Shown here: piece by piece, positions 13,811-27,495 of the stretch
Layout of the letters: each line of letters begins with the position of its first letter
Numbering within the stretch: the stretch's first letter is position 1
Assembly (NCBI RefSeq): GCF_006345805.1
Contig: NC_043006.1
Location: 37,510,001 to 37,574,000 of the forward strand
Reading direction: 5' to 3'
DNA length: 64,000 nucleotides
From: Octopus sinensis
Taxonomy: Eukaryota
Notes under the pieces: generated by a model
Databases searched by the model: none
Seen by the model: the letters and a program-made list of their open reading frames with translations, nothing else
What the model was told of the DNA's origin: nothing
Made by a program: the position numbers and the translations under genes

Positions 13811-14166
13811 TTACATCTGTCTAGGGGGACCCAAGTGGGGAAACGTTTATAGAACTGATTTGCTTCTTGTTGATCTGAAAATGACAAATGAAGAGACACT
13901 GAAAAAGAATTTGCAACGAGTAGAGCTATGCATGAGATTTGTCAATTGTGACTCTCGGATTACCAACAGAGTGCAACGTCATCGTTCAGTAAGTTACGTC
14001 CCGGTGCTTAAGCATGTATTGTGCAGTCACTAGATTTAGGGCATTTGACACAGTCGAGTGCAAAGAAACAAATAATGAATATATGACTTGTGATGGATGA
14101 TGTAGTAGAAACAATGTAACCCACAACAGACAATGATACATTATATATTTGCTTAATCACATGCTA

Positions 14167-14237
14167 AGCTAATGGCGTAGTAGAAGCGCGCTGGGTCCAT
14201 AACCCAGAGATCTGTATGTCGAAACTAGGCTCTGCTG
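14167..14237 (+). pseudogene. Initiator tRNA-Met (CAU) pseudogene
   Basis: tggcgtagtagaagcgcgctgggtccataacccagag...tcgaaac...ctctgct matches eukaryotic tRNA-iMet; acceptor and T stems are mispaired; TTTTT ~15 nt downstream. Confidence 0.75.
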
Positions 14238-14584
14238 TGAAATGGATACTATTTTTGATACTTAGGCATCGCAACTGGGTTGTCTACAAATTTATTAATC
14301 GTATTCATTCATATGTACCTACAGGAAGGGCTTAGTGGGTAGAGACAATGGCAGTAAGATTTTTCCCTTAGTATATCTGGAATAACATTGAAGCATATTG
14401 AAGCATAAGACTGTTAAAGAACCAACAACATTAATCAAACAATCTGGAAAAATGCGCTGTGTTATGCATATTGGTCTATCCGATTTATTTCGATCCTTCA
14501 TAACAATGGTCTTATAAGCAATGCTTCCATCGATACTTCATTTTCAATCTATGAAGATACTGTATGTAAAGAAAAGGTGTTTAT

Positions 14585-14750
14585 AGGCGTAGGTGTGGCT
14601 GCGTGGTAAGTAACTTGCTTACGAACCACATGGTTCCGGGTTCAGTCCCACTGCATGGCACATTGGGCAAGTGTCTTCTACTATAGCCTCGGGCCTACCA
14701 AAGTCTTGTGAGTGGATTTGGTAGACGGAAACTGAAACAAGCCCGTCGTA

Positions 14751-14836
<86 letters not shown>

Positions 14837-15034
14837 AGTATGTATGTGTATATGTTTGTGTGTCTGTGTTTGTTCCCAACATCGCTTGACAATCGATGCT
14901 GGTGTGTTTACGTCCCCGTAACTTAGCGGTTCGGCAAAACAAACCGATAGAATAAGTACTAGGCTTACAAAGAATAAGTCCTGGGGTCGATTTGCTCGAC
15001 CATAGTCAAAATGACTGAAACAAGTAAAAGAGTA
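14585..15034 (+). mobile_element. tRNA-derived SINE family A, near full length
   Basis: Head aggcgtaggtgtggctgcgtggtaag with B box ggttcagtccc, CORE-like ttgggcaagtgtct, internal (TA)n(TG)n, tail gaaacaagtaaaagagta; about 20 further full or partial copies in the window. Confidence 0.9.
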
Positions 15035-15443
15035 TATAAATTTTAGTTAAATACTGTATTGGCAAATATACACATGTCCTCTCGTACAATTTCACAAAAG
15101 ACTGTTGATGCCCCAGCAATCTCTCAATCGAGCATCAAGCTTATAGCTAAAAATGTGTCACACATGCAAATCAAACTTTCCGTTTTATTTATCAGTGTTC
15201 GAGTTGTCTCCATGGGCTGTTAAAGAAAGTAATTAGTCGATAACGAAATTGCAATACAGGACTGAGGTAACTCTGGCTAACACCGCTTTTTTCTGTTCAC
15301 GAAGATCTCGTATATAAAGACAAGGTGCTTATCTTTGTCTATCGTATGCAATGGTTATCGTTATCTTTTACTTGTTTCGGTCTTTGAACGGCCATGAGGG
15401 CTTTTAGCTGAACAAATTACCGCCTTTTGTTTGGTATTTACTC

Positions 15444-15838
15444 TTTTCTACTCTAGGCACAAGGTCCAAAATTTTGGGGGACGGGACCAGTCGATTAGCT
15501 CAACCCCAGTACGCAACTGGTACTTAATTTATCGACCCGGAAAGGATGAAAGGCAAAGTCGATCTTGGCAGAATTTGAACTCAGAACGTAAAGACAGACG
15601 AAATACCTATTTCTTTATTACCCACAAGGGGCTAAACATAGAGGGGACAAACAAGGACAGACATAGGTATTAAGTCGATTACATCGACCCCAGTGCGTTA
15701 CTGGTACTTAATTTATCGACCCCGAAAGGATGAAAGGCAAAGTCGATCTTGGCAGAATTTGAACTCAGAACGTAAAGACAGACGAAATACCGCTAAGCAT
15801 TTCGCCCGGCGTGCTAGCGTTTCTGCTAGCTCGCCGCC
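15444..15838 (-). mobile_element. SINE family B (internally duplicated body)
   Basis: Reverse complement of ggcggcgagct...gagttcaaattc...ttgcctttcatcctttcggggtcgataaattaagtacc, with the body present twice; matches 63436-63832. Confidence 0.9.
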
Positions 15839-15942
15839 CTGTTTGGTACTGTTTTTTCCTGAACTGCTAAATTACGGGTACGTAAACAAAACAACAGCGG
15901 TTCTCAAGCGATGAGCAGTTACAAATGCAGACATGTACACAC

Positions 15943-15943
15943 T

Positions 15944-16031
<88 letters not shown>

Positions 16032-16091
16032 GATAGATAGATAGATAGATAGATAGAGATAGATAGATAGATAGATAGATAGAAAGGTAGG

Positions 16092-16143
<52 letters not shown>

Positions 16144-16151
16144 AAGGTAGG

Positions 16152-16216
<65 letters not shown>
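15943..16216. repeat. (GATA)n microsatellite
   Basis: Direct; another tract at 46889-47017. Confidence 0.95.
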
Positions 16217-17039
16217 GCGATGGGCTTTAATACAGTTTACGTCTATCAAATTTACGTCTATCAAATTCACTCGCAAGGCATTGGTCGGATCAGCGCAATA
16301 GATCGGTGGGAGCGAACATGAAACTACAACCTTAACCACACAGCCATGCCTACGCCTACATATACAATGCGTGCTAAAATCTATAAATATATTCTGTTAC
16401 AATATAGCCTTGAAACAAAACACTATTGATGCAACACTAATTAATCAATGAATAATATATATAAAAATACATGAGGCATGTTCACGATGGTCGATATATT
16501 ACGAAGAAAACAATCGATTTTCTCGTTCTGGTTTTCAAATAATAATGGTCAACTGCATATAATTTCAAGGAGTCATTTTTTTTTGTTACTGCTGTTTTTG
16601 TTGTTATCTTCGTTGTCTTCGTCTTTGTTGTTGCTTATGCTTAACTCCAAGTCAATCGTCATTGAACAAAAAGATCAATAATCAAATATATTCCAAATGA
16701 ATGACCGCTCGAATCTAGGGTTGCGTTAACTGATCGATCATTTTATCTTTTTTTTTATTTGTTTCAGTTATTGGACTGTGGCCATGCTGGGGCACTGCCC
16801 TGGAGGGTTTGGGTCCAACAAGTAGATCTCTGAATTTATTTTGTTAAGTCTGGTGCTTAATCTATCGGTTCGCCTATTTACGGGCGCGAAAACAAACTAG
16901 CACAGGTTGTCAAACGGTGGGGTGGGGAAACAAGCACAAAGACAAACACACGCGCGCTCGTGCACACACACATACACACACGCAGAGGCACTCGCACGCA
17001 AATACAGAGGCACTTGCACACGCACGCACACACATATAC

Positions 17040-17077
<38 letters not shown>

Positions 17078-17226
17078 TATATATATATAATTATATTATA
17101 TTAATATATTAAGGGCATTACTACACATAAATGCCTCACGCTATGAGTAATTCTTAAAGTCAAAACTACCATAATAAATACAAAACTATCATAATAAAGG
17201 AATAATTATAATTATAATAATAAAAT

Positions 17227-17782
17227 ACCCTGATACAGTACTAGGCAGTGGCTCTTATGGCTTCTGATCTTAACTGATTGGAAGTGTTACCATGTACATT
17301 GTTTTGTCTTGGTATAAAAGATGAACTACAGCAAATATTCTGCTCAATATCACAGATTTGTTTGTTAGTTGTTTGACCTTAACCAGTTGAGCATGTCCCT
17401 TAGTGGCTGACGATATGTGCATCTCTGATCACGAGCAGAAGTAGTGGGGGAGCATCATAGCCATGTGTTGAGAGGGATTCTTTGGGGTTTGAATAACTCA
17501 CCTCTGGAAACATGAGTATTTCGTTCAACATCATTAAGCAACCCTTATTCTAGGACCTTTTGAGCGGTATGGGCTACTCGACCAGAAGAAAATTCTAACT
17601 GGGCCCCACCTGCAAGGTCATGCGCTGTTTATCTTGATATAAGATCAAAATGTCACGTACATATGGCTGTGATGCATGTGCCTGGTGTACCCTTATCAGA
17701 CGGGTAGTCATGATGGGTATACTGGGCTTCGTATATTTTAACCCCAGTGTCACTTTGATGGCATGCACTGCTCTCTCACTCA
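17227..17782. mobile_element. ~555-bp element embedded in (TAA)n, copy 1
   Basis: Both ends abut aataat tracts; full-length homolog at 17991-18540. Confidence 0.8.
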
Positions 17783-17827
<45 letters not shown>

Positions 17828-17884
17828 TAATAATATAATAATATAATAATAATAATGATGATAATAATAATAATAATAATAATA

Positions 17885-17925
<41 letters not shown>

Positions 17926-17946
17926 TAATAAATTAATAATAATATA

Positions 17947-17978
<32 letters not shown>

Positions 17979-17990
17979 TAATAATAATAT

Positions 17991-18540
17991 GCCCTGATGT
18001 AGTACCAGTATTGACTTCATGCTTCTAATCTTAACTGATTGGAAGTGTTATCATGTACATGTTTTGTCTTGGTATAAAAGATGGGCTACAACAAATATTC
18101 TGCTCAATACCACAGATTTGCTTATCATATGTTTGACCTTAACCAGTTGAGCATGTCCCTTGGTGGCTGACGATATGTGCATTTCTGATCACGAGCAGAA
18201 GTAGTGGGGGAGCATCATAGCCATGTGTTACGAGGAATTCTTTGAAGTTTGAATAATTCACCTCTGGAAACATGGGTGTTTCGTTCATCATCCTTAAACA
18301 ACACTTACTTCAGGACCAGTTGAGCGGGATGGGCTACTCGACCTAAAGAAAGTTTTAACTGGGCCCCCACCTGCAAGGCCATGCGCTGTTTATCTTGATA
18401 TATCACCACGTCGCACACATATGGTTGTGATGCATGTGCTTGGCGTACCCTTATCAGACGGGTAGTCATGATGGGTATACTGGGCTTTGTATATCTTATC
18501 CCAGTGTCACTTTGAGGGCATGCACTGCTCTCTCATTCAA
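17991..18540. mobile_element. ~550-bp element embedded in (TAA)n, copy 2
   Basis: Same boundaries as copy 1 (Rccctgat...ctctcaYtcaat); flanked by (TAA)n on both sides. Confidence 0.8.
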
Positions 18541-18553
18541 TAATAATAATAAA

Positions 18554-18609
<56 letters not shown>

Positions 18610-20131
18610 GTTTATACACTGTTCGTTAACAGAATAAGACATTCTAGATTCGTTCTGGTCAAGATAATGGAACTATTCTACCTCATGAATAGTAACCACA
18701 ACTTGCTGTCATCGAAAGCATTAGCTAGTTTTGTTTTATCATTTGTGTACGAACACTCTATTACTCTTGTCCCATGCTGACTAACTTGCATGTCTATACG
18801 TTCATTGATTACGCCCCTGCATGCATAAACTCTCTTGCATACTTGCAAACTCTCTTGTATGTACATATGCATACAAAAAAGCACCTTAAGTTGTTCTGGG
18901 CCCAAAGGCACCTAAAAGCTGTTTAAACTTGGCAGGATCCAACTCTCTCTAGGATAACACACATATTCAACACCCCATTTGTAGTGAGCTGTTTTCACTT
19001 CTATCGCAGAATATTTCACCAAATTTCGTTGCCGACAGAAATCCTTTCGTATCAGACTTTCACATTCAAACTAACTTTCCACTGCAACCAAAGAATATAT
19101 ATTTCCATTTTGAGAGTTTTATAAAATAAAACCCATGCTATCTATTATTTCCTCTTCCTTACTGGTTTAATCTATATATTGTTTACTATTTTGTTTACAA
19201 ATAAGAATAAGTTGGTGAAGAATTTTATTGATTTTAAGTCCAACTTTAGTTTAGCAGGCATAACATATCGTTATTTCTGCTTTAAAATACTAAGCTCTTT
19301 CAAAAAACTAAATAGATTAATTTCCAATACAAGTACATTGTTTTCTTTTTTTTTGTGTTCGCTAATGGTGGGCGACTCCTTAATTTGAATTTAAAACAAT
19401 GCCTGCTCTTATGTAATTAACAGATCGCTTCACAACGTAAACACTTTATCACATTTTCTGTTTCCTCGGAGATTGCAGAATTTCCGAGGTGGAATCAACA
19501 ATTTCTTTCACAAGTACTTTAGAGCTATTGTTTCCATTATTTGCGTTCCATATCTATTTGCAATATGTATGAAAGCCGATAATCCCCAGCTGTAGAGAGG
19601 AGATAGTGTATTGTTTTTGTTTTGTTTTTTTTTTGCTTAAGCTCTTATACAAAAAACATGTAGGTGTAGACTAATCATATATGTGTGTGTGTGTGTGAGT
19701 GCGTGTGTGTGTGTGTGTGTATGTATGTTAATATCTGTTTATTTACATATCTACTTTATATCTACTTTTATATCTATAAATCTATTACAATAAATTAAAC
19801 CTTATTCCTCCTTGGACGCTCCTACTTTTTATTGTCTCTGGTTTTATTTTATTTTATTTTATTTTATTCCACCTTCCTCCTAACCACCCTAACCTCTCCT
19901 ACTAACGACGCTACCATGTTATCTAACTGTGTATGTATATATGCATATATGTACAAATATATACATATATATTTATGCATGTATATATACATGAATATAT
20001 ACATGCATATACATACAAGTATTTGTGTTTGCGCGCACGTGCGTAAGCATGGCTGTGTGTTTTAGAATTTCAATTTGCCCGCACTTGGTTTCGGATTCAT
20101 TCATGTACACGGCCTCTTATGCGGGTATCTA

Positions 20132-20272
20132 TTAGGTTGTCCCAAAAGTTCGTAAACACTTGCGAAAATTGAATTTTTACTCGCCAAGTACTAACAAAAA
20201 CAACAAAAATTATTCCTCAAAATAAAGACCATTATTTTCCAAGACTTTCTACGAACTTTTGGGACAACCTTA
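20132..20272. mobile_element. Tc1/mariner-type MITE
   Basis: TIRs aggttgtcccaaaagttcgta / tacgaacttttgggacaacct flanked by TA; a related TIR end lies at ~4905-4934. Confidence 0.85.
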
Positions 20273-21099
20273 TAAAAAATAGATTGGTAGAAAGGAAGAA
20301 ACTTCTCACATACATACATAGATACATACAAACCTACATACATGCATATACATATATATATATATAAGTGTGTATGTATCCATATATGTATATGTGTGTG
20401 TATGTGTGTCTGTTTATGTATGTAATATATATTTTTACCGATCAAATCTTTTGTGAGTTAACATGGGATCCCTTGACGACGATGTAACATCCATTTAAAT
20501 ATGGTATTTTCGGCCTGTTGTGTAGCTAGTGGAGTACCCTTCATTAAGTTACTACCACTTCCGAGGTTCTACTAACTACAAAACATATGTCGTCTGAATT
20601 TTACCAGCTCCATTCCCTAAATTTCGATTTTTATTCGCATACATAGCAACGTTAGTTGTTAACCGTAAACTATAGAATTAATTTTTTCAGCTTATCTAAC
20701 TTCAACATAGCGAAAAATTTACAACCTCCAACGTCAATAAACCACTATTATACATGAAAGTTGTTTTTCATACTTTTCTATGGACTTCTCGAAGCGTACT
20801 AGCTTCGTATACATTGATCCTTGAAACTTAGCTTTATGAAGAAGATTAGGAAATATTTCATCCACCAAATCATCGACGGAATCAGTTGAATTACATTTTC
20901 GATTGAGTGTAAGAAATTAGGCAATAGTATAATAGCTTCCCTTGAACTAGGTACTTTCATTTTGCCGGAGAAAGAAAGACATAGAATTTCGATTTTATAT
21001 AAGAGAAATGCCATAATAGCTTCCCCTGAACTATTTAGTTTCATCTTGGTGGACAAACAAACAGACAAAATCTCTGATATATATATATATATATATATG

Positions 21100-21142
<43 letters not shown>

Positions 21143-21239
21143 TGTGTGTGTATTTGTGTGTGTGTATGTGTGTGCATGTGTGTGTGAGTGTGAGTGTGTG
21201 TGTATATGTGTGTATATATATGTGTGTACATATATGTAT

Positions 21240-21423
21240 ATATATATATGAATGTATATATATATATGAATGTATATATATATATGAATGTATATATATA
21301 TATGAATGTATATATATATATGAATGTATATATATATATGAATGTATATATATATATGAATGTATATATATATATGAATGTATATATATATATGAATGTA
21401 TGTATATATATGAATGTATATAT

Positions 21424-21425
<2 letters not shown>
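21240..21425. repeat. 18-bp minisatellite (atgaatgtatatatatat)n
   Basis: About 10 near-identical units; produces the YECIYI ORF artefact. Confidence 0.9.
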
Positions 21426-21457
<32 letters not shown>

Positions 21458-21570
21458 GATATATATATAGTTAATCCAAACATGAAAACACAAAGAGAAA
21501 ACACAACAACGCGAGGACGTGGAACAAATATAGTATTATTGGACGCTCAGGAAGGAAGGGAAGAAGGAGG

Positions 21571-21605
21571 GTTTTACGTTTCGAGCGTAGCTCTTCGTCA
21601 GAAAC
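21571..21605 (-). ncRNA. Ultra-minimal type-I hammerhead motif
   Basis: Minus strand GUUU-CUGACGA-A-GAGC-UAC-GCUC-GAAA-CG-UA-AAAC. Confidence 0.7.
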
Positions 21606-22026
21606 ATAGGAAAAGGAAAGATCAAGAGAAGGGAAGACGGAGGGAAAAAATCGCCAACGGTACACACACGCACATATATATATATACATATATATATATA
21701 TACTTTATTTAAAGCAGCAGAAAATTCAACAAAACCTGTTACTCTGTAATGTCCTTTATACCTCACACAGTCCTTCCACTCATGACCTACCTCACTTTGT
21801 CTTAAACGATTGAACTGCGCATATTAAAATCCTCTACATCTATTCCGGAAACAGCTGTAAGAGACCATCTGCACACCATCATACACACTTACTTCTTACG
21901 ATATACTCTTTTCTAACAGCTGTATGGTAAAAACTCAGAAACTGAAAGCTCTAAACCAGTTATATATATATATATATATACACGCACACTCTTTAAGTTG
22001 CATAAGTTGAAGGCCACATTCATTAG

Positions 22027-22158
<132 letters not shown>

Positions 22159-23158
22159 CGGCAACGGGAAACTCAGAGTAACAGGTTTTGTTGAATTTTC
22201 TGCTGCTTTAAATAAAGCATATTACTCTACCACTGGTATTTGAGTACTCTTTTTTCTACCTTGTTTCACATTTATGTGTTTACTCCGGCATATATATATA
22301 TATATATAATATATATATATATTCACATACATAATTGAGGTGGTTACCACCACGTTAGCATGATTGCCAAAATCACAGTCTATAAAGCAACTGAAGAAAG
22401 CGTACAACACGTCTCACAACATGAAATATAGTTAAAACATTTATTTTTAAACTATATAAGTTTTTAAAAGTCAGGTTTATAACTTCGAAGCCACTGACAC
22501 TTCTTTACTATAAATGCATAAATAAATTGTGTATTACGTGCATACGGTTAAAATCTAGGTGTATAGCTCTGTCCTAAAAAAAACTTTGAAAATTTTTATT
22601 TATAGTCGAGTTGTAAGTACAGACGTTTACAAATCTTTTTATTGTCGTAGAGAAAAGATTGTATTCTCTATTCTGCGTGTTATACTTTGGTTTTATTGAT
22701 GACCTTGTGCACAAAGGTTTAGCATATTAATTACAATGTTGCTTTGACACACGAATTGGCATGCTATTTCCCTTCAAACGGGAATGCAGTGGCCGAAATT
22801 GTAGTTGGGTTTTATGGACAACAAATGACGTAATGTATAAAAAACAGTATGGGAATCAAGTTTATTAATCTGGTTTATTTCTCACGATATTATACAAAAC
22901 AGTGGAAGATAAAAGTAATATGTAAGACACGGTGATAAAAACATTTAGAACATGTGAGAACACCAATGAATACAAATCATTTGACACAAGTTTAAATACC
23001 AACCGTTGGTGGTGAAGGACTCACTAAACTCGGTTATTTGTAATAGTGTATGAGTACTCTTAAGCATGTTATAAAGCACAAGTCCTTAATATCGGTAATA
23101 AAACATTCTACAAAAAGTACACTTTACATTACGTGACACACATGAACTGACAAATGGT

Positions 23159-24135
23159 GGATCTTTTCTTTTTGAAGGCCAGATTTTCCTAGTTAACTAA
23201 ACAATTTGAAACTTCGTATACTGGTAGAATGTGTCAAAAGAAAACATTATTGTAAACAAAATTGAAAACAAAATTGTAATTTGTAACTTAAACGTAGTTT
23301 AATTTTTACGAATTTTAACCAATGAAATCCCAACATCTTCGAATATTAACCAATGAAATCCCAACATAGCTGCGTTATCGATATTGATAAAGAAATATAG
23401 CAGACGCACGACACACACGACACACACACACATTTGCACAAGCACATAGTAATTAATATATAAGCGTACACACACATACAAACGGACATATACATACACA
23501 CACATACGCACACAAGCAAAAATACACGTTGTGTTTTGCCACTTGCTGCAACAAATTTGCACAGAAGGGGGGGGGGCAATGTTTCATCGTTTCGGGGTCG
23601 ATAAATTAAGTACCAATTACGCACTGGTGTCGAGGATTTTTTTGCCAATTTATATCACAGCTTCCGAAAAGCTGGGGGCATCCTTTTATGAAGAAATATT
23701 TCGCAAATTTTTACAATACGACTCACACTCCACGCGCAAACTCGAGACCGATTTAGGCATATTATTGTTTTGTTTTTGTTGTTTCTGGCCCTTCAAAACC
23801 ATGGGAGAAGCCTTTTCGGTAAAAAAAAAAGAAAGAAAATATTCAAAAATTATCGTTAATATTTTTATTGGGCGACGAAATTAATCGATTTAAGAGATAT
23901 AGCTGTTATTTCTAGCACATGTAGAAGACAGAAGAAGAGGTAAATAATTTGAGCTCGAATGCTGCGATTTCATTGGTTAAAATTCTTAAAATTAAACTAC
24001 GTTTAAGTTACGAATTACAATTTTGTTTTCAATTTTGTTTACAATAATGTTTTCTTTTGACACATTCTACCAGTATACGAAGTTTCAAATTGTTTAGTTA
24101 ACTAGGAAAATCTGGCCTTCAAAAAGAAAAGATCC
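23159..24135. mobile_element. Young non-autonomous DNA transposon with ~190-bp TIRs and 8-bp TSD CAAATGGT (Merlin- or MuDR-like)
   Basis: ggatcttttc...gaaaagatcc with near-identical long TIRs; caaatggt at 23151-23158 and 24136-24143. Confidence 0.9.
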
Positions 24136-24161
24136 CAAATGGTTAGGCGAGCTGGTAGAAT

Positions 24162-24365
24162 GAGGGCTGCGAGTTGGCAAAAACGTTAGCACGCCGGGCG
24201 AAATACTTAGCGGTATTTCGTCTGCTGCTACGTTCTGAGTTCAAATTCCGCCGAGGTCGACTTTGCCTTTCATCCTTTCGGGGTCGATTAAATAAGTACC
24301 AGTAACGCACTGGGGTCGATATAATCGATTTAATCCGTTTGTCTGTCCTTGTTTGTCCTCTCTGA
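24162..24365 (+). mobile_element. SINE family B (3' truncated)
   Basis: Homologous to 63436-63640; further copies at 24660-24875, 27906-28108, 54820-55062, 55122-55325 and 59805-60170. Confidence 0.85.
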
Positions 24366-24605
24366 GTAAAACATTACTCAGAAATTTATATTATATCTCC
24401 ACAGCTTTTATCATCTGTTGGTGAAAATTCATACCCCAGCAACAACTATGTTAAACATTTTTCTTGCAGAGAAACCACCAAAACAAGCGATGGTGGTGGT
24501 GGTGGTTCCAAACATAGACATGAAGGTACATGCACACACGCAATCACACATGCACTCAGAGATACACACACGCATATTCACAGATACTCACTCACACATA
24601 CACAC

Positions 24606-24639
<34 letters not shown>

Positions 24640-24897
24640 TCATATTTAACAACTCTGTAAAGGCGGCGAGCTGGTAGAATCGTTAGCACGCTGGACGAAA
24701 TGCTTAGCGGTATTCTGCCCGTCGATACGTTCTGAGTTCAAATTCTGCCGAGGTCGACTTTGCCTTTTATCCCTTTCGGGGTCGATAAATCAATTACCTG
24801 TTGAGCACTGGGATCGATGTAATCGACTATCCCCTTCCCAAATTTCGGGCTTTGTGCCTATAGTAGAAAGGATATTTAACAACCATATATATTTACT

Positions 24898-25228
24898 TAT
24901 GATGGCAGTCCACTCGTGACCGAGGAAGACCATTGCCGACCTTCAGGAACATTGTGCGCTCTAGGACTAACTTATATTTTGCATTTGCGGCTCCGTTGGT
25001 GGCTAATGAGCCCTGCTCTTGACAAGCATACACGACTGCAAACATTGCAGACCAAGCTTTCCTCATTCGCTATACGAGCCGTGCGCTTTCGCGCAACTCG
25101 CTTAAGTTCTTCATGCTGGATACGTGCTCTCTCAAGAGTGTCGATCCCCTCCTTAACCTGCTTCCTCCATCTGTGGCGATGACAGGCATTGTTCTCCCAG
25201 TCAGTGTCCTGCATATCACAGGCCTTTA
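24898..25228 (-). mobile_element. RTE-clade LINE 3' fragment (C-terminal C2H2-like finger plus 3' UTR)
   Basis: LKACDM..DWENNACHRHRWRKQV...CNVCSRVCLSRAGLISHQRSRKC* is typical of RTE-type ORF ends; 5' truncated at (TA)n. Confidence 0.8.
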
Positions 25229-26416
25229 ATATATATATACACACACTATGATATTTGTAATATATTATATATATATTATATTACAGATAGATATACATAA
25301 AAATAAACATACACTCAAGCACATACACATATATACATACACATATACACACACAAGCACAGACTCACCACACCTTACCAATTCCAAGCTGTTTATATTG
25401 AAACATGGTCTTGAGCATGCTGTGCTGTGATATAATGTTCTGTGAGACTAGCGGAAGTTCAGCTCATACTGGAAACACTTAGGGAGAGGTAGTATTCCAC
25501 TCCTTCAATGACATCACACACAAACATACGCACATAAATACACACATATGCACACACCACATATACATACGTTCACACTCACACATAGTCACGTCCACAC
25601 ATAACCTCTTTCGGTCTGTCTGTCTCGCTCCCCTTCTCTTTCTCTCTCTCTGTAGCTTTCTCTCACACGCACACATACACATACACAAAACAACTATCTA
25701 TCAATCTATCTCAGTCGTTTATATGTGGTTGTATGGCAAGAAGTTTGTTTCCCAACCATATGGTTCCGGGTTCAGTTCCACTGTATAGCACCTTGGGAAA
25801 GTGTCCTTTACTATAGCCCTGGGCCTACCGAAGTCTTGTGAGAGGATTTGGTAGACGGAAACTGAAAGAAGCCCGTCGTATTAGTGTGTGTGTATATTAT
25901 TATTTCTGTGTTTGTCCTACTGCCATCGCTGGACAGCCGATGTTGGTGTGTTTAACGTTGTGCGTCTGCGTGAGATATTATCTCAAGACGAAGTTAATAT
26001 GACTTTCCTTGACGTATCTGCATTAAGTATGGTAAACAGATTGCTATTTTGAACTAATATTGCTTTCATTGCATGGAATGAATTTTTATTCAGCCTGCTG
26101 CTAACCGCAACATCAGTTATTTTTTAATCTCTGTTTTCCTACATCAATGACGACAGGTTTAGTGCTAGCATGTTGTTGCGACTGGGCGCTTGCATCTGAC
26201 AAAGCTCAAAGAGGCTGAAATGCATATCTAGCAAGCCATCAGCGCTGCTCGGCGATTCTCATTCGCAAGTAATATATTTGTGTGCTATTTAACACTGCAC
26301 GTCTATAAAAGATATTATCTCAGGGTGGATGTTGCAGTTAATTTCGCCTTCCCTGTTGTGTTAGCATTATGTGCAATACACAATTCCGATTTTGTATTGA
26401 TCTCGTTCGGGTAGGT

Positions 26417-26606
26417 CAGTGGTTCCCAACCTTTTCACCACCAAAGACTTCTATTATTTAAATGAGTTTTCCCACGGCCCCCTTTTAATATGCTTATCCT
26501 TATGTATGTAGATATAAGAAATTTTGAATTTAGTTCACGGACCCTCAGTACTATCTTTGCAGACCACGGGTCCGCGGGTCCGCGGATCACAGTTTGGGAA
26601 CCTCTG
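26417..26606. mobile_element. hAT (Charlie/MER5-like) MITE
   Basis: TIRs cagtggttcccaac / tttgggaacctctg. Confidence 0.75.
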
Positions 26607-27058
26607 GGATAAATTTTAGAGTAGTTCCAAATCAAGACAAGTGAAAATTTGCGTTGCCTTTGCGGATTTACAAAGAGCGATCACTGTTGCCTCTTTTGCT
26701 GAAGAAGGGTAACTGAGCAAGTCGTGAGTTCGCTTGGTAGAAACTGGATTTATGTCAGCGCTAAATCTTGTATTGTCTACTTGTTCAAGTCATTCGATTG
26801 TGGCCATGCTTGGGCGCCGCCTTGAACAAAAAACCAATGGACTCTGCTACGTATTTATTAATATTTTTAAAATTCTAATACTTATCCTATCAGTTTCTTT
26901 TGCCGAGCTGCTTTTCTAAGAGGACGTAAACAAACCAGCACTGTTATCAAACAGTGGTGGTGTATGTGTGTGTGTGTGTTGGTGTGACCTATGTAGTCTA
27001 TATATAAACAAGGCAAATTTAACTATTTTTCCATAGATTGGAAAAAATCGATGACCAT

Positions 27059-27099
27059 CCTTAATTGATTTTCGAGCCTTATTGGATTCTCATCAGAGG
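27059..27099 (-). ncRNA. Minimal type-I hammerhead motif
   Basis: Minus strand CCU-CUGAUGA-GAAUCC-AAUAA-GGCUC-GAAA-AUCAAU-UA-AGG; stem II imperfect. Confidence 0.55.
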
Positions 27100-27142
27100 T
27101 GTTTACTACATAAGTAAACACTTATGGTTGTTCCGATGGCCG

Positions 27143-27203
27143 GATAACTGAAGAGATAGCGGCGTTAATTCCCACCTCGGCATCCGAAACTCGGAGTTTT
27201 ATC
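27143..27203 (+). ncRNA. Type-I hammerhead motif
   Basis: GAUAA-CUGAAGA-(GAU...AUC-C)-GAAA-CUC-G-GAG-UU-UUAUC; 5-bp stem I; near-palindromic stem III. Confidence 0.7.
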
Positions 27204-27327
27204 ATGGCTACCGAATAATTGTCACATATTACATTTATAAATAAATTCTTCTATTCACATAATATCGAGGTCTCTTTCTTTCTTTTGTTATCTCACCGTT
27301 TTATCAATATATATATGTATGTACATA

Positions 27328-27363
<36 letters not shown>

Positions 27364-27495
27364 TGTATGTATGTATGTATGTATGTATGTATGTATGTAT
27401 AGCTGAAATTTATAGAAAAATAAAAAAAGGGGAAGACAGGCGTATGAATAACAAGCAAGTTTATTAGTTTGACGCTCGTGAAAAATGAAAAAGAT

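Noticed and set aside
17227-17460. Possible HDV-like ribozyme in the (TAA)n element
   Set aside because: Could not assemble P1.1/P2/P4 by eye
17595-18020. 141-aa poly-Y/I/L ORF resembling a membrane protein
   Set aside because: Reading through (TTA)n
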